A stretch of DNA of 64,000 bases from Octopus vulgaris (taxonomy: Eukaryota): positions 68,944,001 to 69,008,000 of the forward strand of contig OX597823.1 of NCBI GenBank assembly GCA_951406725.2, in the 5' to 3' direction. A program made the translations under genes and the position numbers. The notes beneath the pieces were generated by a model. The model saw nothing but the letters and a program-made list of their open reading frames with translations, was not told where the DNA came from and did not search any database. Positions 53,041 to 64,000 of this stretch are shown here, piece after piece (positions within the stretch are counted from its first letter, which is position 1; every line of letters starts with the position of its first letter).

Positions 53041-53736
53041 TACATACATACATACATACATACGTATAGATGCAGATGTGGCTGTGTGGTAAAATATCTT
53101 CTTCCAAACAATATGGTTTTGGGTTCAGCTCCACTGAATGGCACTTTAGGCAAGTGTCTTCTACTCTAGCCCTGGGCTGACCAAAGCCATGTGAGTGGAT
53201 TTCAGAAACTGAGAAAAGCTTGTTGCACATGTATATGCGTGTGAGTGTGTGCATTTGCCTGTGTGTGTATGCACATTTGTGTTTCCTTGCCTTGATGTTA
53301 GCTGATCATTGTAAATGATTGCCATTTCCACGTAAGCAGTTTTATTCATTTCCAATATTTTCCCAAAACACATTTAGCCCTGAAGAAATATCACCTTGCT
53401 TGGAAACAGACTAGGGTCAGTGACAGGATGGGTATCTAGTCATAGAAAATTTGCCTCAAATGAACTCCATCTAATTCTTGCAAGAATGGAAAAGTGGACT
53501 TCAAACGATAAAAATTACAACATATATATATATATATACATACACACACTTGTGTTTCAAAATTATACAACAAACAAAAATCAAAAGACAGACACAGGTT
53601 AAGGAACAGCAAACAAGGTGTATTAGTTTTGACGCTCAGGAAAAATAGACGAGTCATTGATGTTTTGAGCCTAGGATCTTTTGCAGAAAGGACTGAGGAG
53701 AGAAAACAGAGTGAGAGGGAAAAAATGTGTCTATGT

Positions 53737-53815
<79 letters not shown>

Positions 53816-53949
53816 TAAGTCACACTATATGGATTTAAGTAATCAGGTAGTTCTCATAAATAAAGAGCCTTAATGAATCATTCTACAAAACAAAATATAT
53901 AGTATGATATAAGAGAAAACTACAAGGAGTGTATGAAGTTATAATGAGA

Positions 53950-54328
53950 GAAATAGTATGATAAAATTTATTTAACCTTTGGAAATTCTTATATCACAAC
54001 AATTGTTTCACAACTTAAAACATGCATGGATAATTTATTTTATTATATTTTATAATAAGTAAATCATATAATTTATAATAAGTAAATAATAATCTCCCGA
54101 CGTAACATTATGTCATGAGATTATTATGCAACACAGATTATTTTCTCTCATCCGATGAACTTACTTAATATCCATATCGATTTGAAAGATTATCTGTATT
54201 AATACAGACATGTAAGTAATTCACTTATAAAATAAACAAAACAGAATATCTTTGCATGTTTTAAGTTCTGAAACAATTGTTGTGATATAAGAATTTCTAA
54301 TGGTAAATAAATTTTATCATACTATTTC
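53950..54328. repeat. ~77-bp inverted repeat enclosing a long-helix-II hammerhead motif (54148-54285, +)
   Basis: Arms 53950-54026 and 54253-54328. TCAT-CCGATGA-ACTTA-(~98 nt)-TAAGT-TCT-GAAA-CAATTG-TT-GTGA. Confidence 0.6.
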
Positions 54329-54394
54329 TTTCATCATATATAACTTTGTATATATATATATATCAAAATAAGCAACAAGGATATCCAAAGGTAG

Positions 54395-54483
54395 TGCAGT
54401 ATAATCGTTTCATGCGACTTCATTTAATTAAACAATGTAAGAAATTACATCAGTTTTAAAATGTAGAGCAATCTTCAGCTGCA
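54395..54483 (-). ncRNA. Type-I hammerhead motif with ~60-nt helix II
   Basis: TGCAG-CTGAAGA-TTGC..GCAT-GAAA-CGATTA-TA-CTGCA, with a perfect 5-bp helix I. Confidence 0.6.
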
Positions 54484-54515
54484 TATGGAATTTTTTAGTT
54501 AGATTGAAAAGATTC

Positions 54516-54666
<151 letters not shown>

Positions 54667-54698
54667 CATATATACATATATGTATTATATTTCCTATA

Positions 54699-54761
<63 letters not shown>

Positions 54762-54925
54762 GTGTGTGTGATTGTGTGTATAGAAGAATATATTAATAAA
54801 AGGAATTCCAACCTTGTCTGATTTTCACGTTTTATTTACAATCTTATAATGATATATTATAAGATAATATATTATAATTGAATAAAATAAAATGAAATAG
54901 TAGAATGTTAAATGTTCATTCTGAT

Positions 54926-54970
54926 TGAACTAGTACTTTCATGCATTGAATTCTGCAATCTTCGGGTTCA
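54926..54970 (-). ncRNA. Minimal type-I hammerhead in a PLE pLTR-like segment (54790-55260)
   Basis: TGAAC-CCGAAGA-TTGCA-GAATTCAA-TGCAT-GAAA-GTAC-TA-GTTCA with palindromic AGTACT. The core has U4C. CCAAT boxes lie upstream at 55088-55150. Confidence 0.7.
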
Positions 54971-55741
54971 TGTAGTAGTGGTGACAGTCATGCTTCACAA
55001 TTTTTGACTGTAGCAAGATGATTGATTCTGTGCTATAAATACAGCTGGGTAGGCTCCAGAGTGCTAGGTTTTGCAAACTGTATTCTGACCAATCAGTGTG
55101 TAGTATCACTCAATTACTTAAGCTGATTGGTTGGTTGAGCTGATTGGTTTAGGCATCAGGCTTTGTTGGACATGTCAAGAGTCCTGTATCTTGACCCTGG
55201 CCGAAGCAGCAATTGCTGGGTTATTTTTAGAAATGTCGTAAATATCCTTTGTCAGAGATTTTTATATTTTTATATTTCAATTGTCATCATCATCATTGTC
55301 AGCACCTATATATATACACACATACACGCGCACACATATATATAGACATACACACACACATATAGATATAAATATATATGTATCTATGAATGTATGTGTG
55401 TGTATGTTCTGTGTACATAGGGAAACCTGAGATTGTCATTGTTGGAATGCATTTGCTTATATGCCTGCTCAATGGGGTCTGACCTGGAGCTAGACAACAA
55501 CAGCTGCAACAGCAACAACAAACTAATTGCAGTACATGTATTCAGCAAAATAATTGCAGAAATATAGAAAAAGAAGATTGATGTCCCTGAAGGGAATATA
55601 AAATATTCAACCTTAACTAGAAAATTGAAATAGCAATCTTAACAAAGGCAAGAGATAACCTTAAAAAAAAAAAAGCAACATGTCAACAACACAATTAATG
55701 GAAATACAACTCAATATCAGGAAACTAATTAATGAAAATAA

Positions 55742-55742
55742 C

Positions 55743-55773
<31 letters not shown>

Positions 55774-55860
55774 AGAACAACAACAACAGCAACAGCAGTA
55801 GCAGCAACTGCAACAACAACAACAACTGCAACAACAACAACTGCAACAACAACAACAACT

Positions 55861-55909
<49 letters not shown>

Positions 55910-55950
55910 CAACAACAACAACAACAATATTAATAATAATAATAATAATA
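55742..55950. repeat. Compound trinucleotide array AAG-AAC-AGC-AAC-AAT
   Basis: Read directly from sequence. Confidence 0.9.
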
Positions 55951-56237
55951 GACCAAAAAGAAAGCATAAAAAAAATCTATCAGGCATTTGTAATCAGCAG
56001 AAAACTCCAAACCAAGCTGTAAATCACTATACAGGACTAATTAGCAACTTTAACAACTCTAAACAACAGATGTAACAGATCACTCATCACCATCAGTTCA
56101 TGGAACATAGCCACACTTCAACACAAAGCAAATTCTCTTACAAATCATGTTTTTTTCAAATTAGTTATCAAAACAAACAGGAACACACACACACACAAAG
56201 ATATCTTCTTCCACTTAGACTAGTGTTTCATAACCTT

Positions 56238-56290
<53 letters not shown>

Positions 56291-56399
56291 GTATATATAT
56301 ATATGTATGTATATATATATGTATATATATATAATTATATATACATACATATAGATATATGTATATATACATATATATATATACATACATACATATATA

Positions 56400-56434
<35 letters not shown>

Positions 56435-56510
56435 ACATATATATAAATATATATATATATGTATACCCCAGAACTCCACTTTGTTATATATGTATATATA
56501 TATTTATATG

Positions 56511-56611
<101 letters not shown>

Positions 56612-58017
56612 TCCCTTCCCTAGTAGTTCACTTTCTCATTCTCTTCCTATGTATGTGAAAAATAAAGGAGCCTTGTATAGAACACAATTTATTGTATAAC
56701 ATTTGCAACCTTTCATTAATGTAACATTAACATCTTTAAAATCAGCATTAAAGATAGTAATTTAGACAAACTGTTACTTTCAAAAGCAAATAATACCATC
56801 TTATGATGAGAGAGAATTTACATTGCACTTTGATCGGCCAGAAATAGATAAATTCTCTCAAATCACACCACATTAGCAAAGAAGCAGTAAATGTGACAAT
56901 ATAGTTAAGAATTTTTCTGCCAAACCATGTGGTTTGGAGTTCAGTCCCGCTGTGCAGCACCTTTATTAAGTGCCTTCTACTGAGGCCTCAGATTTATCAA
57001 AACCTTGTGAGTGGATTTGGTAGACAAAAACCAAAAGAAGCTCGCCATTTCAGTTTGACTCAATGCAAGCATTGGGAAGTGGACATTAAAACAAGTATGA
57101 TGGATCCTAGGGAGTAGATGAAAAGAAAATAATAACAATAAAGCAAAGAAGATGACCATCTCCAAATATTAAAATATGTTTCAACACACATGTTCACAAC
57201 AAGAATCTTACAAAACAAATTGATAAATATAAGTCCTAGAAATACTATGCATTAAAAAACAAAATATAGGCATGATAGTCACAGGTGGAACAAATTTGCT
57301 CACAGATTTTCAAAAAGTAAACTAAGATTAAATAATGGTTTCAAATTTTGGCACAGGGTAACCAGTTTTGAGATGGGAGGGGAAAGTCAATTACATTGAC
57401 CCCCCAGTACTTAATTGGTACTTATTTTATCGGCCCAAAAGGGTGAAAGGCAAAGTTGACCTTGTCAGAACTTGAGCTCAAAATGGAAAGACAAGTGAAA
57501 AGCTTCTATTGCATTTTGTCCAGCATGTTAATGTTTCTACCAGCTTGTCACCTTTGCCAAGGTTAAAGAATCCTTTCTATTAAAAGCACAAGGCCTGGAA
57601 TTTAGGAGGAGGAGACTAGTCGAGTGCATAAGTCCCAGTGTCTCTCTGGTACTTAATTCATCATCCCTGAAAGGATGAAAGGTAAAGTCAACCTTGGTAG
57701 AATTTGAACTCAGAATGGTAAAGACGGACGAAATTCCTCAAAGCATTTTACCCAGTATGCAAATGATTCAGCCAGCTCACTGCCTTCCTGGGGTTAAATA
57801 ACAACAACTTATACAGAGCTAAATAAACATAGCTGATAAGAGAATAGCAAAGTAGGCTACTATCACATTTGAAGTAAAGATACAAAATACTTTAAATGTT
57901 GACAGGAAAAAAAAAAAAAATTAATGATTAATTAAAACTGCACAGTTAATTACTTAAAAATACAATACAGTAGGAAGTGTGTCTGGAGTTTGGCAGCTAT
58001 AGTGACAACTATGGCCA

Positions 58018-58330
58018 TCATACGGTCTTACTAGGCTTCATCAGTGAATCATAATCTAAGTGGTATTGTTTGCTCTTAAAATGACTACAGTGGATATAGA
58101 ATTTTCATGAATGAATAGCAACTGGCATAACAACTTGAAAGAATTACTGGAAAGAGTTAAGTTTCTTGTTTGTGAACACTGGTTAGTGACAGTGCCAATT
58201 GAAGGATATGAACTGTTGACCTTTCATTTCATTGTCTGTTTCTTTGTCAATCAGCTATGCTTTGCTCCTATTACAATATATCCTGATATCCTACACAACA
58301 ATGTGTTTCATGATAGAATTTTTCATTGCT
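58018..58330 (-). mobile_element. Old PLE 3' remnant with decayed hammerhead at 58018-58047
   Basis: TCA-CTGATGA-AGCC-TAGTAA-GACC-G..TA-TGA (GAAA deleted), downstream of a weak GIY-YIG-like trace. Confidence 0.35.
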
Positions 58331-58726
58331 TTCTTTATCATTTGGTTTATGAAGAAACCTTCTCCTTACACACACACACACACACACATACTTACAAACA
58401 CTTATTCATACACACACACAAACACACACACACACAATATCTCTATATATCTATACAACATAATGACATGCAATCTTCTCTCCCTAACAACATCTATTGT
58501 GTTATCATTATCATCTTGTTATAGCTCAGCCTTTGTAGCTAAGAATTCACTTCTACATCCTTCTTTCCATTTCTGTTTCCTTTCGTTCTTATCCATCTCT
58601 CCATTCTGATTGATATACTTATTTCTATGTAATATTTTTCACAATTTACTGCCATTGTTGGGAATTTTTTTTTTCCCATGTATCATCAAGTGATCTAAAG
58701 AAAGTTCGTTTTTTGGGGTTTGTTAT

Positions 58727-58784
<58 letters not shown>

Positions 58785-58981
58785 CATCATCATCACATAT
58801 TTCTAATAACCCACAAATGCTGTAGTATTCAATGGATCACACTTGATATATTGTCAAATCTCCTTTTGTCAGCAACAATTGTTAGAGTTATTAGAGATAA
58901 GGCATGCTGAAGAGATCATGGTCTAAGTAAGATTTAAAAAAAGTGAGCTGTAGTTATAAAGGAAATAATAAATTAATTGAC

Positions 58982-59123
58982 CGGCAAAGGATGTAAAATT
59001 TCTGCAGGAGTTGAAAACCCTGATAAATAATTTATTTCACATAAAAATGGAATGAAATAAAGCAATAGATATCTGCCCATAATTTCAGTAAGTAATTGCT
59101 CGTTGTGAGTTTGGCATAAGATT
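58982..59123 (-). CDS. Candidate exon (ILCQTHNEQLLTEIMGRYLLLYFIPFLCEINYLSGFSTPAEILHPLP)
   Basis: Good acceptor TATTCTAATATTTTGCAG and 142 nt open, but the donor CCG|GTCAAT is weak. Confidence 0.35.
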
Positions 59124-59213
59124 CTGCAAAATATTAGAATATCTGATATAGGCTTCAAACCCAATTTATATATGTATGTATCTCTATCTATTAATGGACA
59201 GATAGATAGATAG

Positions 59214-59278
<65 letters not shown>

Positions 59279-59512
59279 TAGATAGATAGATATATTGTTG
59301 AGTGAAAAATATATAAAATGATAGATTCCATCAGTGAAAAGATATAACTGCTTCTAGTTTCATACTTATGCTAAGCGATCATCAAATGATAAGCTCAACC
59401 ATTTTCTAAAATATCTATGAATTGTTTAGGTTATTACTCTGTGGAGTTATCAGTTTTGCATTTTGAGCTGAGAGTTTGTAAGTAGTATAACTTGTCATAT
59501 AGAAATGTTATG

Positions 59513-59681
59513 GGTGCAGGAGCGGCTGTGTGGCAAGTAGCTTGCTTACCAACCACATGGTTCTGGGTTCAGTCCCACTGCATGGCATCTTGGGCAAGTG
59601 TCTTCCTCTATTGACTCAGGCTGACCAAAGCCTTGTGAGTGGATTTGGTCGACAGAAACTGAAAGAAACCCATCGTATATA

Positions 59682-59723
<42 letters not shown>

Positions 59724-59927
59724 TGCGTCTGTGTTTGTCCCCCTAACATCGCTTGTCAATCGATGCTGGTGTGTTTACGTCCCCATAACTTAGAGGTTCA
59801 GCAAAAGAGACCGATAGAATAAGTACTAGGCTTACAAAGAATAAGCCCTGGGGTTGATTTGCTCGACTAAAGGCTGTGCTCCAGCATGGCCACAGACAAA
59901 TGACTGAAACAAATAAAAGAGTAAAGA
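59513..59927 (+). mobile_element. Family-1 CORE-like SINE, full length
   Basis: Collinear with 29354-29769. Another copy lies at 60211-60667. Confidence 0.85.
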
Positions 59928-60699
59928 GACTAGCTTGGCTAGTTAGAAATAACAGGATTTATGGAACTTAAGAAATATATAAAATAAAGGGCTTCAAAAT
60001 AGTATGAAAGCAGGAAGAGCAGAGGAAAGTACAGTATAATTCTATAAGCAAATGACTTCAAAAAATTAGAGTTGAAAATGTGAGCTATCAAAGAATATCC
60101 TAGTTCAAAGAGTAGGAAATATTAAGTATGAGTGCCTATTAATAGGTTAAGTTGAAGAAGGGAAAGAGAAAGAGTATCAATGTTCCTAGTAAATAGTTAA
60201 CTACTAAGCAGGCATAAGAGTGGCTGTGGTAAGGAGCTTGCTTATGAACCACATGGTTCTGGGTTCAGTCCCACTGCGTGGCACCTTGGACAAGTATCTT
60301 CTACTATAGCATCAGGCTGACCAAAGCCTTGTGAGTGGATTTGGTAGATGGAAACTGAAAGAAGCCCATATGTATCATCATCGTCATCATTGTTTAACAT
60401 ACACACACATATACACACACACACATATGTGTGTGTGTGTGTGTGTATGTGTGTGTATATGTTTGTGTGTCTTTGTCTCTCACCCCACCAACATTGCTTG
60501 ACAACCGATGCTGGTGTGTTTAGGTACTCGTAACTTGGCAGTTCAGCAAAAGAGACAGATAGAATAAGTACAAGGCTTACAAAGAATAAGTCCTGGGGGT
60601 GATTTGCTTGATTAAAGGCAGTACTCCAGCATGGCCACAGTCAAATGACTGAAACAAGTAAAAGAGTACTGATTCCTTCTGTTCTACAGAAATGAGCAT

Positions 60700-62060
60700 A
60701 GAAAGATAAAGATATAAAAACATTAAATTGTGTATTTTTTAAAGTATAGTGAAATTAGGAATGTCTGTTAGTGAGTTAAGATTAAAGATGGAAATATAGA
60801 GAGTGTGTACATATTCTTGGTTTGTGATGATATGATTTTATGGTGCTCTGTTTTGGTACGTGTTGAAGTGGTGACATTTAGTAAAGATCTCTGATCTGAT
60901 ATGTAGACAGTTTGTAGATTCATCAAAGCTTTTGAAAATAAGACTAAGCATAACTTTTGATCCAATACTAAACAGGATTCCTTTCTCACAAATCTTTCAT
61001 TTTAATGTTGAAATTGGTAGCATACTCTTTCAAATTTTAGACATAATTTGACAAAAATTTGTTCCACTTTTCTATATTTCTGAAGTTCATTAAGTGCTTT
61101 CTGGAACATCACCTTATTGATGAAGGAATCTTAACTGTTATTTCAGGAACAAACACACACCTTCTGTATTTTCTTCAATAGCCTTAACCAATTAATAGAT
61201 AATTCTGACTTAATTTTACAAACATGCTTTGATATTGTCAAATCTATTTCACCATGCTCATTACAATAAAGCAGAATAAATCATATTTACCAGAAGCAAT
61301 CACATTCTTCCTGCTTCCCTCTCTTTATTTACCAGGGGCAATCACATTCTCTTTACTTCTTCTCTTCAATTTTAACCCATTAGTCGATGCTCGTATACTT
61401 GCTACACTTTATAATATTACAATCTTTGATATCTTATATTCTTAACTCTTTAACTTTCCACACTCATTTGTGTACAACATATTTTTCTATTTTCTTCCAT
61501 TCACAGTCATAATTTTTATATCGTTTAAGCTTGCTTTTGTATACCTATCCATGGAAAATAACTTGCCCTTTTCTACCCTATCAAATGATCTGCCTGGTTA
61601 AAGTGAACCGAAGCAAAGAAGTATAATTGATAGAGACATGCCCATAGTTACCTTCCCTTGACAGCAAACAATTATCTGCCTGTTTTGTATTTGCCTAAGC
61701 ATGTAAATTAACCTGAGATATTAAGTTATAATTTCTTTAAATTATTTCTCCCTTCTCTTTAAGAGTTGCTCACAATTACCACCATGATTTTCTTTCCTCT
61801 CTCCAAAATGGAAATTTCAATTAATTACGAATTCCTTTTGCATATAGCATTCAGCACATCATTCTTTAACTTAATTACCCAAAATAATGCCATTGGCTCT
61901 GTTGAGTTATTTCCCTTAGCTCATTTTATTTTGAAATTATTCGCACTTTGTGATCTGTTTGTATTTACATTTGCTAATACAGAATACCACTAATTTTCTG
62001 TAATTCTACTGTTTCACCCAGATATGAAACAGTTTCAGAGTGTACATTTCTAAAACTTAT
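60700..62060 (-). mobile_element. Very old CR1/L2-like LINE remnant
   Basis: A-rich minus strand with traces such as FINKVMFQKALNELQ and IFKSFDESTN, resembling the RT N-terminal region. Many stops. Confidence 0.3.
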
Positions 62061-62722
62061 TGAACATATTAATTACTTCTCATATGATCACATCAGATAA
62101 CTTGTTGCACTTTCATATATCTCACAGCTCTTTGTCTTTTAATCAGTGTAAATTCCCTTGCTTCCAACACAGTATAAGAGTGACACACTCACACATACAT
62201 GCAAAGACACAGATGCATAGATATTCACAAACACATATATCTGCACACACTTGCATTATACATCCTTATCTTTCCATGTCAATGAGCACATTTGCATACA
62301 TAAGCATAACACATATTCAGGCATATGAACATACATGAGCAACATAAGAATTTCCAGATTTACAACACACATGCACATACACAGATATACCAAAAGATGC
62401 ATGCATATATTGATATATATGTAATGTATGTAAGTATGTATTTATGAATGTATGTATGTGTGCATGTATGTATGTTTTTTTGGATGTATGTATGAATACA
62501 TGTATGTATGCTTGTATGTACATATTTACACACACACATAAACAATATTTCCAGTGACATACAATTACTGGCTCAATATATTGTTACTGAAATACATGTG
62601 CATTTATGTACATATACTCATATATTTACAAGTATATATATATTTTACATATACACATGTAGAGGCATGAAGAGAAAGTGTGAGGACATTTAGAAAACTT
62701 GCAAGTTCTTAATGCTCCACAC

Positions 62723-62827
62723 CAATGGATGTGCATTCCTTTGCAGTAAGTGCAAATTGTTTTTTTAAATATTTAGACAGGATAGAAGAATGCCAACTAC
62801 TATGATTTTTTTTAATTTTCAGGGCCT
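62723..62827 (-). CDS. Candidate exon (ALKIKKNHSSWHSSILSKYLKKQFALTAKECTSI)
   Basis: Branch point ACTAAC plus pyrimidine tract ..CACTTGTCTCAG; 105 nt open in phase 1 to 1; weak donor G|GTGTGG. Confidence 0.3.
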
Positions 62828-64000
62828 CTGAGACAAGTGGGAGGAGAGAATGTTAGTCACAAACCAAAGGCATGACTCAAATGCATAAAATAAGGAAAAT
62901 TCTTCCCGAGTCATAAAAACTCATGAGGCAGATTTCCCAGTTTCCATGGGATATAGATTCCCCACCTGAATGGGATGTTGTTCTATCACAGGGTTGCTCC
63001 TTTTCGCCAGATGAGTGGACTGGGGCAATGTGAAATGAAGTGTTTTGCTCAACAACACAACTTGTTGCCCGATCCAGGAATTGAAACCACAACCTACAAT
63101 CATGAGTCCAACACCTTAACCACTAAGCTACACACCTCCACATGCATGAAATATGGTGAACTTTACAAAAAGCATCTAAGGAACACCTGACCAGCAGGTG
63201 TGAAATCAGGTGACACATTGCATCTACCATCTATAAACTCAGAAGGCAAAACATAGAACACTGCAAAGCCTTCCATTCGATGCTTTTCCAATTTCATAAA
63301 TCCACAGTTCTGGACTGGCAATTTGTTTTATTAACCCTAGAAGGATGATAGACTGATCTCATTTAGATCTGTGCACCCAACTTTGTTTTGAAACAATTTC
63401 AATAATTTTCCTTTTTATTTTCTTTTATTTCTTTTACTGTTTTACATGTTTCAGTCTTTTGACTGCTGCCATGCTGGAGCACCACATAAAAGGGATTTTG
63501 TCAACAAAATTGACCCCAGGATTTATTTCTTGTAAGCCTAGTACTTATTCTATCAGTCTCTTTAGGCAAACTGCTAAGTTACAGAGACATAAACACATGA
63601 CCATTGATTGTCAAGTGATGGTGAGAAGAGAAACGCAGACACAAAGACACACACAAACACACATATATACAATGGGCTTCTTTCAGTTTCTATCTTCCAA
63701 ATCCACTCACAAGGCTTTGATTGGCCTGGGGTTATAGTAGAAGACAATTGCCCAAGATGCCATGCAGTAGGACTGAACCAAGAACCATGTGGTTATGAAG
63801 CAAGTTTCTTACAACACAGCTACACCTGTGCCTATGTTTAATAAAATTTTAAAAAGAATAGTCTTCCATTACACTTTCTGGCATCTTATTTAGTGTGCTG
63901 TGGAATAAGAATATGCAAACACAACTGATATAAAGGTATCTAAAAGTACATTATCCAAAGTGTTCTTCCACTTTCTATCATTGTCAAGTGTAATTTGAAG

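Noticed and set aside
55680-56075. Poly-K/N/S (or poly-Q) ORF
   Set aside because: Compound microsatellite; the poly-Q frame contains a stop.

Overview
AT-rich, microsatellite-dense eukaryotic DNA. The repeat content (tRNA-derived SINEs, RTE LINEs with (GAT)n tails, R4/Dong-like RLE retrotransposons) suggests an octopod cephalopod (Octopus-like); this is inference. Almost all listed ORFs are microsatellite or transposon artefacts. Supported content: (1) a minus-strand multi-exon protein-coding gene of unknown identity, seen only as small frame-compatible exons (best: 50497-50597, 42704-42764, 29038-29066, 27231-27353), with the rest of the window largely intronic; (2) a transposon graveyard: a Gypsy LTR+PBS(Trp)+gag fragment, a Penelope-like (PLE) RT/GIY-YIG remnant, several R4/Dong-like families sitting in (TAA)n or (TACA)n arrays, a HERO-like element inserted in a SINE, RTE LINEs, a mariner remnant and three or four SINE families; (3) about a dozen minimal type-I hammerhead ribozyme motifs, some intact and some decayed. 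The most striking is a ~424-bp element (5653-6076) with a 13-bp target-site duplication that is predicted to fold into a G-U-rich rod with an intact hammerhead at its apex. Three other hammerheads carry unusually long helix-II insertions. Repeat boundaries were read by eye and are approximate.
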